The notes: a model not told the origin generated them from the letters alone. Counted from the stretch's first letter, positions 1 through 8,809 are shown. The stretch: DNA of 64,000 nucleotides from Betaproteobacteria bacterium (GCA_023259135.1 JAHFQX010000008.1:3191-67190), one strand, 5' to 3'. A program made the numbers and translations.

Positions 1-1291
1 CGGTGGCGCCCATGAGGGTGAGGTTTGCCCGCTTGTCCTGCGCGCTCCAGTTGTCGGCCCGCAAACCGGCGATGATGCGGTTGCGCTCGCCGAGCAGATG
101 GGTCAACTCCCCGAACAGGCCGGTGTTGCGGAAGTTGGCGTCCTCGGTGCGGGCCATGCTCTCATAGGGCATTATGGTTTGGTTCATCGACGCGCGCAGG
201 GTGTGCTTGTTGGTCTGGTGGTCGACGCCGAGGCTGGCCTGGGTCATGTCGGAGAAACGCAGGCCGATCACCATGCCCCCACCCATGGTTTCGCGGTCAG
301 GATTGCTTACTGCGCGGTTCGGCATCATCGCGCTGGGTGTAAAAGCCCGCAGGCTGTAGTTGTCCATTACATGGTCGATGTAGTTGTAATAGATCCGGGC
401 TTCGACCTTATCGATTAGCAGGGAAATATTTTTCTTAAGGAACTTGAGGCCGACGTTTTCTCGCTTGAACTTCACGCCGTCCATGCTGCGATCCGCGTAG
501 GCGGCTTCGCCATCGCTTACGGCGGCGGAGAGTTCCAACCGAGCGTCGTTATTGGGCGTCCAGCCCAGCGCGGCATTCATGCTCCAGCGCTTGTAACCGG
601 AATGCACCGTGCGTCCCTCGCCATCTTTGTAGTCATCCGCCTGCGCGCGGGTGGCGGCGCCCTGGGCGTAGAAATTCGCGTTGCCGCCGCGCATGTCGAC
701 CACCTCATCGTTGCGTCCAAAGCTCCCCAGCATCAGGCTGCCGTTGGCCTTGACGCCTGGCGAGCTGAAGCGCTTGATGTCGCGCTCGAAAAGCACAGAA
801 CCGGCGGAACTACCCGGGCCGTTGAGTACGTTCTGTGGCCCCTTGATTACGGTGATGCGGTCATAAGCTTCCGGAAACACATAAGCCGTCGGCGGGTCCA
901 TGCGCATGCCGCAGCCGCCGAGAATCTGTTCGCCGTCGAGTAGGATATTGAGACGGGAACCGGCCATGCCGCGCAACACCGGGTCGCCGTCGGTGCCGCC
1001 CTTGCGGATTACCGAGAAGCCCGGGATGGCCTTGAGGTAATCCGCGCCGTCATGGGCTGGAAGCGGCTGGCGCGGCTGCTTGGGATCGGTGACGATCTTG
1101 AGTGGCTCTTCCATGTGGGGAGCGGTTACCACCACCTCCGGTAATTTCTGAGCCTGAGTGTTGGCAGCGATAGTTGGCGACTCGGTCTGAGCCCGAGCAT
1201 GCTGCCCGAAGACCAGTGATGCGATGCAAGCGACGATGAGGGCCGTCATTACGAAGCGGGCTTCGGTGACGGCGCGAAGCAATATGCGCAC
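1..1291 (-). CDS. TonB-dependent outer-membrane copper receptor, OprC/NosA-like (N-terminal ~430 codons only; the barrel continues past the window start)
   Basis: Absent from the ORF track because there is no stop codon inside the window. My minus-strand translation from GTG 1291 (GGAG 7 nt upstream) gives signal peptide MTALIVACIASLVFGQHARA. It also gives plug motifs DYLKAIPGFSVIRKGG and DRITVIKGPQNVLNGPGSSAGSVLFER. The OprC-type metal site is present: C127-G-M-R-M131 (codons 913-899) and H307-V-M309 (codons 373-365), 180 residues apart. Confidence 0.85.
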   Translation of the reverse strand, partial: MRILLRAVTEARFVMTALIVACIASLVFGQHARAQTESPTIAANTQAQKLPEVVVTAPHMEEPLKIVTDPKQPRQPLPAHDGADYLKAIPGFSVIRKGGTDGDPVLRGMAGSRLNILLDGEQILGGCGMRMDPPTAYVFPEAYDRITVIKGPQNVLNGPGSSAGSVLFERDIKRFSSPGVKANGSLMLGSFGRNDEVVDMRGGNANFYAQGAATRAQADDYKDGEGRTVHSGYKRWSMNAALGWTPNNDARLELSAAVSDGEAAYADRSMDGVKFKRENVGLKFLKKNISLLIDKVEARIYYNYIDHVMDNYSLRAFTPSAMMPNRAVSNPDRETMGGGMVIGLRFSDMTQASLGVDHQTNKHTLRASMNQTIMPYESMARTEDANFRNTGLFGELTHLLGERNRIIAGLRADNWSAQDKRANLTLMGAT

Positions 1292-1385
1292 GGAATTCTC
1301 CTGAAATGAATGGGGAATTTGCCAACCGAACATGCGGCGGCAAAACGCGCTCCCCAAAGGGATGCGCGCTACGACCAGGGGGATT

Positions 1386-1790
1386 TCAGGAGTGCTGCGG
1401 AGGGCCGCGGGGCGAACCGGCGGCCAGGAATAAAGGCGGGCGTCCCGGCAAATCCGGGATGGGCAGAACGTGTTTTTTCCTTGGGGTGGAGAGGGCTGGT
1501 AAGGGAGTCGGCGGCAGTAAGGGTCCGTCTATCCCGGCCAGGCATAAAGCGCAGTGCTGGGCCTGCATCCCGCCGGAGGGAGCGGGGGCCGATTTCCCCG
1601 CCAGGGCATCGGCGATAGCGGCGCCCAGCGGAATCTTCTGGGCGCCGAGCACCGAGCACAACTCCGTCCAGGGCGCCGCCGCCGAGGCCAGCCGGGCCTG
1701 AACCAAAGCCGGCAACAGCCCATGGCCCAGCATCGCGAAGGCCGCGAACCAGGCAATGAAGATGCGTTTTGTCCCAATGCGGAAGAACAT
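1386..1790 (-). CDS. DUF2946-like small protein with an H-C-x-x-C motif, directly upstream of the copper receptor
   Basis: 134 aa. It has an N-terminal hydrophobic segment IFIAWFAAFAMLGHGLLPAL, a central WTELCSVLGAQK, and QAQHCALCLAG. The size, layout and position next to a copper TonB receptor match my recollection of the DUF2946 family. Not verified by search. Confidence 0.55.
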   Translation of the reverse strand: MFFRIGTKRIFIAWFAAFAMLGHGLLPALVQARLASAAAPWTELCSVLGAQKIPLGAAIADALAGKSAPAPSGGMQAQHCALCLAGIDGPLLPPTPLPALSTPRKKHVLPIPDLPGRPPLFLAAGSPRGPPQHS

Positions 1791-1862
1791 GAGATTTATT
1801 TATACCCGAAATTGATTGTGCCTTGGAACAGTTCCACTGTCGCTTCGTGGTGTTGGGTCTCC

Positions 1863-1905
1863 TTGACACGAGCCTTGATTGGTTTCTATTATTCACAATA
1901 GTGAA
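1863..1905 (+). promoter_or_regulatory. Sigma70-like promoter for the mutase operon, with an overlapping perfect palindrome
   Basis: TTGACA (1863-1868), 18-nt spacer, TATTAT (1887-1892). The inverted repeat TTCAC-AATA-GTGAA (1892-1905) overlaps the -10. It lies in the AT-rich divergent gap between the DUF2946-like gene and the mutase gene. Confidence 0.4.
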
Positions 1906-1982
1906 AATGGTTTTCTTAAAACAGGGTATTATTTTTTGCGGGCCGAGTCCCCGCGATGAGTTGAGGAAGGAGTTGATTAGCC

Positions 1983-3641
1983 ATGACCCGCACAACATCG
2001 AGCCCGAAACCTGGCCTGTCGGAAATGGAATCGGCGGAAAACAGTCCTTCCGGCAGGGCGTTCGTCACCCGTTCCGGGATTGAACTCCCGGCGGAATTCA
2101 CCCCAGAGACCCTGCGGGGGTGGGATCCAGCCCAAAAGCTGGGGGAACCGGGGAAGTACCCCTATACCCGGGGAATCCACGCCGACATGTACCGCAAGCG
2201 GCCGTGGACTATCCGCCATAACGCCGGCTTCGGCAGCGGTGAGGACACGAACGCGCTGTTCAAGTATCTCTTCAAGAACGGGCTCACCGGGCTGAACCTG
2301 GCGGTGGACCTGCCGACCCAGATGGGTCTTGACGCCGACGACCCGCGGGGGCAATTCGAGGCTGGGCGGGTGGGGGTGGCGTTGAGCAGCCTGGAGGACA
2401 TGGAGCGGGTCTACGACGGCATTCCGCTGGACCAGGTGAGCACCTCCACCGCCATGAACGGGATGGCCATCGTTTTCCTGGCCCAGTATGTTCTCGCCGC
2501 GGAACGGCAGGGGATGCCGCCGTCGGCCATTCGGGGCACGGTGCAGAACGACATCCTCAAGGAATTCCTCGCCAGGGGCACCTACATATTTCCGCCGCGC
2601 CCCTCGATCCGACTGGTGGGGGACGTCATCGAGTGGTGTATCAACCACGCGCCCAAATTCAACCCCATTAGCGTTTCCGCATGCCACATGCAGCAGGCCG
2701 GAGCGACCCATATCCAGTCCATCGCCTATTGTCTGGCCAATGCCCAGGTGTATCTGGACGAGGTCATCCGGCGCGGCTATTCGGTGGACCAGGTGGCGCC
2801 GCTGTTCTCGTTCCTGATTCCGACGACGGCGTATTTTTTCGAAGCGGCCGCCAACCATCGTGCCGCCCGCCGGCTGTGGGCTTCTCTCCTCAAGGAGCGT
2901 TATGGCGCCAAGGACCCCCGTTCCTGGGTGTTCCGCGCCGCCACCGCCGGAGACCAGACCGAATTGACCGCGGCTCAACCCCTCAACAACCTGGCCCGCA
3001 TCACCTTGCATTGCCTGGGGGCGACCTTGGGAGGCTCCCAGTCGGTGATTCTGGCGGCTTACGATGAAGCCTACGACTTGCCCACCGAGAAATCCTTCCG
3101 GGCCACCCTCATGGCCCAGAACATCGTGCTGCGCGAGTCCGGAGTGGCCGATGTGGTGGATCCCCTGGCGGGCTCCTACTACGTGGAGTGGCTCACCGAC
3201 CGGTCGGAGCAGGAGATGCGGGCCATCCTGCAAAGAATCGCCGATGTGGGCGGGATGGTGACGGCCATCGAGTCGGGCATCGTGCAAAAGGACATGGCGC
3301 GGCAAGCTTACCAGGAAGAACGGCATATCCAGAATGGACAGAAGTCCAGGGTGGGGGTGAACTGCCTGGTGGTGGAGGAAGAGGAGGGCGAACAGGAGAC
3401 TTTCAGCTCCGACCCCGATGTGGGGCGCCGGCAAGTAGAACGCTTGCAAGCGCTCCGCCGACAGCGCCACCCGGGCCGGCTCGCCGAGTCCCTGGAGGAG
3501 CTGAAAAGAGCCGCGCAGGATCAGGGCCGGAATCTCGTCCCGCCTATCATGGAGGCGGTCCGCTGCATGGCAACAACGGGGGAGATCGGGACGGCCTTGA
3601 GGGATGTATTCGGCACTTACAAGCCGCCTTCCGGAATTTGA
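1983..3641 (+). CDS. Methylmalonyl-CoA-mutase-family catalytic (TIM-barrel) subunit, divergent
   Basis: 552 aa with AAGGAG upstream of the ATG. Family motifs: YPYTRGIHADMYRKRPWTIR, GTVQNDILKEFLARGTYIFPP, CHMQQAGAT, VADVVDPLAGSYYVE. There is no C-terminal B12 domain, so it is a split enzyme. Confidence 0.9.
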   Translation: MTRTTSSPKPGLSEMESAENSPSGRAFVTRSGIELPAEFTPETLRGWDPAQKLGEPGKYPYTRGIHADMYRKRPWTIRHNAGFGSGEDTNALFKYLFKNGLTGLNLAVDLPTQMGLDADDPRGQFEAGRVGVALSSLEDMERVYDGIPLDQVSTSTAMNGMAIVFLAQYVLAAERQGMPPSAIRGTVQNDILKEFLARGTYIFPPRPSIRLVGDVIEWCINHAPKFNPISVSACHMQQAGATHIQSIAYCLANAQVYLDEVIRRGYSVDQVAPLFSFLIPTTAYFFEAAANHRAARRLWASLLKERYGAKDPRSWVFRAATAGDQTELTAAQPLNNLARITLHCLGATLGGSQSVILAAYDEAYDLPTEKSFRATLMAQNIVLRESGVADVVDPLAGSYYVEWLTDRSEQEMRAILQRIADVGGMVTAIESGIVQKDMARQAYQEERHIQNGQKSRVGVNCLVVEEEEGEQETFSSDPDVGRRQVERLQALRRQRHPGRLAESLEELKRAAQDQGRNLVPPIMEAVRCMATTGEIGTALRDVFGTYKPPSGI

Positions 3642-3668
3642 ATCCAGATCGCAAGGGAGAGAAAGCAT

Positions 3669-4106
3669 ATGGAACGCTCACGACCGATCCGCGTCGTCGT
3701 TGCCAAGCCAGGCTTGGACGGCCATGACCGCGGGGCCAAAGTCATCGTGCAGGCGCTGCGCGATGCCGGCATGGAGGTGATTTACACCGGCCTGCACCAG
3801 ACTCCGCAGCAGATCGCCCGGGTGGCTTTGCAGGAAGATGCCGACGTGGTGGGGCTGAGCATCCTGTCCGGGGCCCACGAGGCCCTTTGCCAGGCGGTGA
3901 TCGGCGAGCTCAGGGGCCAGGGGCTGGAGGAGGTGGTGGTGATCGCCGGCGGCACCATCCACGCCAAGGATGTGCCCAAGCTGAAAGCCATGGGCGTGAA
4001 GGAGGTGTTCGGCGCCGGCTCCAAGTTCGAGGATGTTGCACGGGCCATCGAGGCCCATGTGCATGGCGCCGCCGCCACGGACCGGCCCGTTGCGGACGCC
4101 GGCTGA
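3669..4106 (+). CDS. Cobalamin-binding small subunit of the split mutase
   Basis: 145 aa. VVVAKPGLDGHDRGAKV carries the DxHxxG base-off/His-on motif. A Rossmann-like SILSGAH...GG pattern follows. Confidence 0.9.
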   Translation: MERSRPIRVVVAKPGLDGHDRGAKVIVQALRDAGMEVIYTGLHQTPQQIARVALQEDADVVGLSILSGAHEALCQAVIGELRGQGLEEVVVIAGGTIHAKDVPKLKAMGVKEVFGAGSKFEDVARAIEAHVHGAAATDRPVADAG

Positions 4107-4111
4107 GGGAG

Positions 4112-5068
4112 ATGGATAACCGCGCCACTGCCCGGTTGGAGGCCGGCATCCGGCAGTTCCAGGCTGGCCGGGACTCGGGTCTAGCCAGGCTGATTACGCT
4201 GGTGGAAAGTTCTCCCGAACTGGCCGACGGCGTTTTTTCCCGAATCGGCGAGAGCTCCGTCCCGTGTCACGTGATCGGCTTTACCGGACCGCCGGGGGCC
4301 GGCAAGAGCACCTTGGTGAGCTCGGTGACCACCGTGCTGAGGGACGAGGGACGGCGAGTCGGCATCGTTGCCGTGGATCCCACCAGCCCCTTTTCCGGCG
4401 GGGCCATGCTGGGGGACCGGATTCGCATGGAGCGGCACTATCTGGATCCGGGGGTGTTCATCCGCAGCCTGGCTACCCGCGGGGGCATCGGCGGTCTGTC
4501 CCCGGCCACCAAGGATGTGATCAAGCTGATGCGGGCCTTCGGTTTCGATACTATCCTGGTAGAGACGGTGGGAGTCGGGCAGACCGAATTGGACGTGATG
4601 GCGGCCGTGGACACCGTGGCGGTGGTGCTGGTGCCGGAGGCGGGGGATAGCATCCAGGCCATGAAGGCGGGCCTCATGGAGATCGCCGACGTGTTCGTGG
4701 TGAACAAGGCGGATCGGCCCGGCGGCAGGGAATTCAAATCCGCTTTGCGAGCCATGCTGGGCCTGGCCCAGCAGCGCGGTCCGTGGGAGCCCCCGGTGCT
4801 GGCCACCCAGGCCGACCGGGACGTCGGCAGCGCCGAAGTGATGGCGGCCATCAACCGCCACGCTCGGTATCTGCGTGAATCGGGGGAACTGGAAATACGG
4901 CGGTTGCTACGGGAAGAGCGGGAGTTGCTGGACATGGCCTTCGCCCACCTGGGCAATCGCTGGAAGGCCCTCAAGGGCCGGCCGGAATGGGCGGAGCTGG
5001 CCACCCGGGTCATTTCCCGCCGCGTCGGCGTGGACCGCTTCCTCAAGGCCATCGCCGATTCGGCGTAG
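4112..5068 (+). CDS. meaB: MeaB/ArgK-type G-protein chaperone for B12 mutases
   Basis: P-loop GPPGAGKST, then VETVGVGQ and NKAD motifs. I trimmed the ORF-track start (3887) to ATG 4112, 5 nt after the small-subunit stop. The longer form would overlap the B12 subunit. Confidence 0.9.
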   Translation: MDNRATARLEAGIRQFQAGRDSGLARLITLVESSPELADGVFSRIGESSVPCHVIGFTGPPGAGKSTLVSSVTTVLRDEGRRVGIVAVDPTSPFSGGAMLGDRIRMERHYLDPGVFIRSLATRGGIGGLSPATKDVIKLMRAFGFDTILVETVGVGQTELDVMAAVDTVAVVLVPEAGDSIQAMKAGLMEIADVFVVNKADRPGGREFKSALRAMLGLAQQRGPWEPPVLATQADRDVGSAEVMAAINRHARYLRESGELEIRRLLREERELLDMAFAHLGNRWKALKGRPEWAELATRVISRRVGVDRFLKAIADSA

Positions 5069-5128
5069 GGGTTGCGAGACACCGCGCCAGATTAATGACG
5101 TCCCTTGTTCACGGGACAATGACGGGAG

Positions 5129-6331
5129 GTGGCTGTGAAGGAATGGCCGTTGTCGGGGATCAGAATCCTGGACCTGACGCATTTCCTGGCGGGACCGTTC
5201 GGGTCCATGATTCTGGGGGACCTGGGGGCAGAGGTGATCCGCATCGAGCATCCCACCCATCTGGAGGACGCCCGCACCACGCCGCCCCATTTTTTGGCTG
5301 GGGAGAGCGTCTACTTCCTGTGCCTTAACCGCAATAAGAAGAGCATTACCCTGGATCTGAAAACTCCCCAGGGCCTGGAAGTATTCTATGATCTGGCGCG
5401 GACCGCCGACGTGGTATTCGATAACTTCCGGGCGGGGATTACCGAGAAACTGAAAATTGATTATCCCAGGCTGCGCGCCATCAAGCCCGACATTATCTGT
5501 TGCTCCCTGTCGGGGTTCGGCGGCAATGGGCCGTTCTCGGACCGCCCCGGTTACGATTACATCATGCAGGGCATCAGCGGGCTCATGAGCTTGGCCGGCG
5601 AGCCCGACGCCCCGCCGCAGAAGACCGGGATTTCGGTGGTGGATCACGTGGGGGGGCTGTACGCGGTCATTGCCATCCTGGCATCGCTGGTGCAAAAACA
5701 GCGCAAGGGCGACGGTCAGTTCTCCGACGTGGCGCTGCTCGACGGCATTCTCTCTTTCTTTACCTATGTGGCCGGCTATTATTTGAACGCTGGCGACGTT
5801 CCGAAGAAGATTCCCGCTTCCGGGCACCCCTCCTATGTTCCGGTGCAGAACTTCGAGACTGCCGATGGATGGGTTGTGCTGATGCCCGTCTCCGAGAAGT
5901 TCTGGCAAGGCACTTGCCGGGCTATCGGCAAGCCGGAATGGGCTGATGACCCCAGGTTCAGGTGCGCCGCCGATCGGCTGCGGAACAAGCAAGCGCTGCT
6001 GGACCTGTTGATTCCCTTGCTGAAGACCAAGCCTGCGGCCTACTGGCTGGAAGCTCTGGCGCGGGAAGGAGTGCCTTCGTCGCCCATCAACACCCTTCCC
6101 GAGGGGCTGGAGCATCCCCAGGTCAAGGCCCGCGATATGGTTGTGGAAGTGCCCCACCCCACCGCCGGGGCGTTCCGGATGCTCGGCAATCCCATCAAGA
6201 TGCCGGACAAGAACCCGGTCTACGCGGCTCCACCCCTCCTCGGTCAGCATACCGAGGAAGTTTTGACCGGCCTGCTGGGCTACTCGATGGACAAGATCGC
6301 GGCGTTGCGGGAGCAGGGAGTGATCCGTTGA
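5129..6331 (+). CDS. Family III (CaiB/BaiF) CoA-transferase
   Basis: 400 aa. The N-terminus LSGIRILDLTHFLAGPFGSMILGDLGAEVIRIE is typical of the family. The start is GTG 5129 or GTG 5135, after GGGAGG. Confidence 0.85.
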   Translation: MAVKEWPLSGIRILDLTHFLAGPFGSMILGDLGAEVIRIEHPTHLEDARTTPPHFLAGESVYFLCLNRNKKSITLDLKTPQGLEVFYDLARTADVVFDNFRAGITEKLKIDYPRLRAIKPDIICCSLSGFGGNGPFSDRPGYDYIMQGISGLMSLAGEPDAPPQKTGISVVDHVGGLYAVIAILASLVQKQRKGDGQFSDVALLDGILSFFTYVAGYYLNAGDVPKKIPASGHPSYVPVQNFETADGWVVLMPVSEKFWQGTCRAIGKPEWADDPRFRCAADRLRNKQALLDLLIPLLKTKPAAYWLEALAREGVPSSPINTLPEGLEHPQVKARDMVVEVPHPTAGAFRMLGNPIKMPDKNPVYAAPPLLGQHTEEVLTGLLGYSMDKIAALREQGVIR

Positions 6332-6375
6332 GGGAAGGGCTATACCGACCCCCGCCGCATCGCATTCTGGAGGTC

Positions 6376-7050
6376 ATGGAAGGCATCCGCGACAGCCTGC
6401 TGTTGATTCCTCTGTATTTGCCGCTGGCGATTCCCTACGCCATCACCGGGCAGATGGTCGGCCTCAAGGACTGGGAGATCGTCCTGTGGTCGGCCCTTAT
6501 TTATGCAGGCTCTGCTCAGTTGGCGTGCCTGAGCGCCTTGGCTGCGGGAGCGGGTTTGATGGAGTTGTTGATCATCACTTTGATGGCCAACGCCCGGCAC
6601 GGTTTCATATCTCTTGGCATTGCTCCGTACCTCCAGGGCGTGACGTGCCGGGCGTTACCCCTGGTCGGATTCACTTTGGCCACGTCGTCGGTGGGCCTTT
6701 TACCCGCCAAGGTCGCCAGGGGCGGGAATCTGCAGGTGTACGCCTTGTCCGTGCAGATTTCCCAGTGGGCTCAATGGGTGCTGTTCACCCTGTTGGGGGT
6801 CTGGCTCGGACCTATGGTGCCCACTGCCTGGACCCCCGTTCTCGGTTTCGCTGTGCCAGCGGCATTTCTTGGTTTAGTAGCGCCCCTCGTTCGGGAAAAT
6901 CTCGGCAGTGGGCTTACGGTGGCGCTGGTTGCCGCAGCCCTGGGGTTGGGACTCACCGTATTCTGGCCACCCCAGGTATGTGCTATCGCCGGTGCGCTGG
7001 GGGGGGCGGCGGCGGGGATTTTGCTTCCGGAGCGAGGTAGCCGTGGCTAA
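6376..7050 (+). CDS. azlC: AzlC-family branched-chain amino acid (or related) transport protein
   Basis: Starts MEGIRDSLLLIPLYLPLAIPYAITG...YAGSAQLA; polytopic and hydrophobic. I trimmed the track start (5962). An alternative TTG at 6328 would overlap the CoA-transferase stop. Confidence 0.8.
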   Translation: MEGIRDSLLLIPLYLPLAIPYAITGQMVGLKDWEIVLWSALIYAGSAQLACLSALAAGAGLMELLIITLMANARHGFISLGIAPYLQGVTCRALPLVGFTLATSSVGLLPAKVARGGNLQVYALSVQISQWAQWVLFTLLGVWLGPMVPTAWTPVLGFAVPAAFLGLVAPLVRENLGSGLTVALVAAALGLGLTVFWPPQVCAIAGALGGAAAGILLPERGSRG

Positions 7051-7375
7051 TGCTGGGGGTGTGCTGCCGATGATCGTGGCAACCGCGATACTTACTTTCG
7101 GACTCCGCTATTTGCCTATGGCCCTGCTGGGCGGGCAGCGGCTCAGGCCCGGACTGGAGCGATTCCTGCGCTATCTGCCTATTGGTATTCTTTCCGCCCT
7201 GGTGGCCCAATCCACTTTCCTGCGGGGAGAGACTCTCGACATGGCCACGTCGAATTATTATCTTCCGGGGCTGGTCATCGCGCTGCTGCTGGCGGTATGG
7301 ACCCGCAGCCTAGCCGCGGTAGTATTCGGCGGACTGGCGGTGGTGGGGTTGCTGACGTGGTGGGGGAACGGCTAG
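7043..7375 (+). CDS. azlD: AzlD-family small membrane partner of AzlC
   Basis: About 100-110 aa and very hydrophobic (MIVATAILTFGLRYLPMALLG...). GTG 7043 follows GAGG and overlaps the azlC stop by 8 nt. ATG 7070 is the alternative start. Confidence 0.7.
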   Translation: MANAGGVLPMIVATAILTFGLRYLPMALLGGQRLRPGLERFLRYLPIGILSALVAQSTFLRGETLDMATSNYYLPGLVIALLLAVWTRSLAAVVFGGLAVVGLLTWWGNG

Positions 7376-7599
7376 CGGGATTTGACTGCCGGATATTAGC
7401 CGCAGGCTTGTGCCGGCGCGAGTTAACCGGTGTTGTAGAGGGAGTATTAAGAAGGGGTGGCCCGTTGGCTTGATTATTGAGCCCGCTCCCTGATAGCGAA
7501 CGGGCATTTCGTGATACTGAGAAGTCGGTGCCGCCCGCCATCGCTTGAATGGCTTCCTGGTGCTTAAGTAATGCGTTGAACGTCAAAAAGGAGGAAATC

Positions 7600-8637
7600 A
7601 TGATTCGTTGTTATGGGAAGGTTGTCGGGATAATTATGGCTTTTGGGTTAGCTTTGTTTGCAGGAGTGTCCGGTGCCCAGGACAAGAAAATTGTCCTGCG
7701 GGTCGCAGATCACCTACCTTCCGGTCATTTTCTGACGGATCCCCTGGTCAAATATTGGATGAATGCCGTAACCAAGAGCACCAATGGCGCCGTGCAGTTC
7801 GAGTATTACCCATCGGAGCAATTGGGGAAGGCCAAAGATTTGCTGGCATTAACCCTCTCGGGGGTCGCCGACGTCGCAACCATTGTGCCATCCTATACCT
7901 CCGACAAGTTACCTCTAACAGCGGTAACCGAATTGCCTGGGGGCTCTGAACAGTCCTGCACCGCCACCTCCGCTTTCCGGCGCCTAGCGACAGGCGGCGG
8001 AATACTCGCCACTCAAGAATACGCTCCTCTGGGATATCGGGTTATTTTCGCCCTCGTGATCCCTCCACAGCAAATTTTCTCGCGACGTGAATTGAAGTCG
8101 GTAAAAAGTTTCGAGGGGATGAAGCTCACGACAGCGGGGGGAGCAAAGGAACTTATGCTCCGCAAACTCAAGGCGGTGCCGATTCGTATGGGAGTCACGG
8201 ACATCTACGAATCTCTGAGCCGGGGAACTATCGACGGCGGGATTCTGGCCACTGCAAGCATTCTGTCTTATAACCTGTCGGGACCCGCTAAATACGTCAC
8301 CATAGGCGAAAATTTCGGTAGTACCGGAGTCGTCGGGGGCATTAGTGAAGCTCGCTGGAAACAACTTCCGGAAAGCGTTCAAAAAGCCATGCTGGAAGCA
8401 GGAGAGGCTGCCGGCAATAACATGTGCGAGATCTTGGACAAGATGACCGGAGCCGATTACGAAAAGCTCGCCCAGCGCGGAATGACAGCAATGCGATTTT
8501 CGCCCCCGGACCACCAGGAGATTGCCGCCGCTGCTACCGCTGTCCGGGCCGAATGGGCAGAATCTTTGGACAAGCGGGGTAAACCCGGCACCGAAGTATT
8601 AAAAGCTTTTAATAGCGCCTTGAGCATAGGGCGTTGA
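7600..8637 (+). CDS. dctP: TRAP transporter solute-binding protein (DctP family), with no adjacent permease genes
   Basis: AAGGAGG lies 6 nt before ATG 7600. The signal peptide is VVGIIMAFGLALFAGVSGAQD. The mature protein has a DctP-like layout (KIVLRVADHLPSGHF...). Confidence 0.8.
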   Translation: MIRCYGKVVGIIMAFGLALFAGVSGAQDKKIVLRVADHLPSGHFLTDPLVKYWMNAVTKSTNGAVQFEYYPSEQLGKAKDLLALTLSGVADVATIVPSYTSDKLPLTAVTELPGGSEQSCTATSAFRRLATGGGILATQEYAPLGYRVIFALVIPPQQIFSRRELKSVKSFEGMKLTTAGGAKELMLRKLKAVPIRMGVTDIYESLSRGTIDGGILATASILSYNLSGPAKYVTIGENFGSTGVVGGISEARWKQLPESVQKAMLEAGEAAGNNMCEILDKMTGADYEKLAQRGMTAMRFSPPDHQEIAAAATAVRAEWAESLDKRGKPGTEVLKAFNSALSIGR

Positions 8638-8809
8638 GATCGATTCCGGGAGGCCAGCGGCACAGCGTGCCGCCGCTCGGCATCCGCGGGCCTCTTCCCG
8701 AAATTGCCCTATGATCCGGTGAAGGGTTTTGCCCCTGTTAGCAGGGCAGGCTGGGCGCCGTTCGGCCTGGTGGTTTATCCGTCGGTGCCGGCGGCCAACG
8801 TATAGTGGG

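Noticed and set aside
1791-1982. I looked for a cobalamin riboswitch upstream of the B12-dependent mutase operon.
   Set aside because: The region is AT-rich promoter DNA, only about 90 nt separate the putative -10 from the ATG, and I saw no B12-box-like (GCCACTG) element or extensive pairing.
1977-3668. Very long antisense or alternative-frame ORFs in the track. Examples: 1977..3668(-) 563 aa, 4907..6250(-), 12178..13077(-), 15000..16235(-), 19744..20985(-), 26716..28200(-), 52493..53728(+), 58872..60302(-), 60399..61580(-).
   Set aside because: Each lies opposite or out of frame to a gene with clear family motifs. Their translations are Arg/Gly/Pro/Ala/His-rich low-complexity strings with no recognisable domains. 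Stop-poor antisense frames are expected at this GC content.
3887-4111. N-terminal extensions given by the ORF track for many genes. Examples: MeaB from 3887, AzlC from 5962, IclR to 9955, HemY to 23141, HemC to 26301, ppc from 25678, ACAD to 57385, RsmE to 63245, and several Bug and CoA-transferase genes.
   Set aside because: The extensions overlap the neighbouring gene, are low-complexity, and precede an internal start codon that yields the canonical family N-terminus, usually with a GGAG-type RBS. I used the shorter forms.
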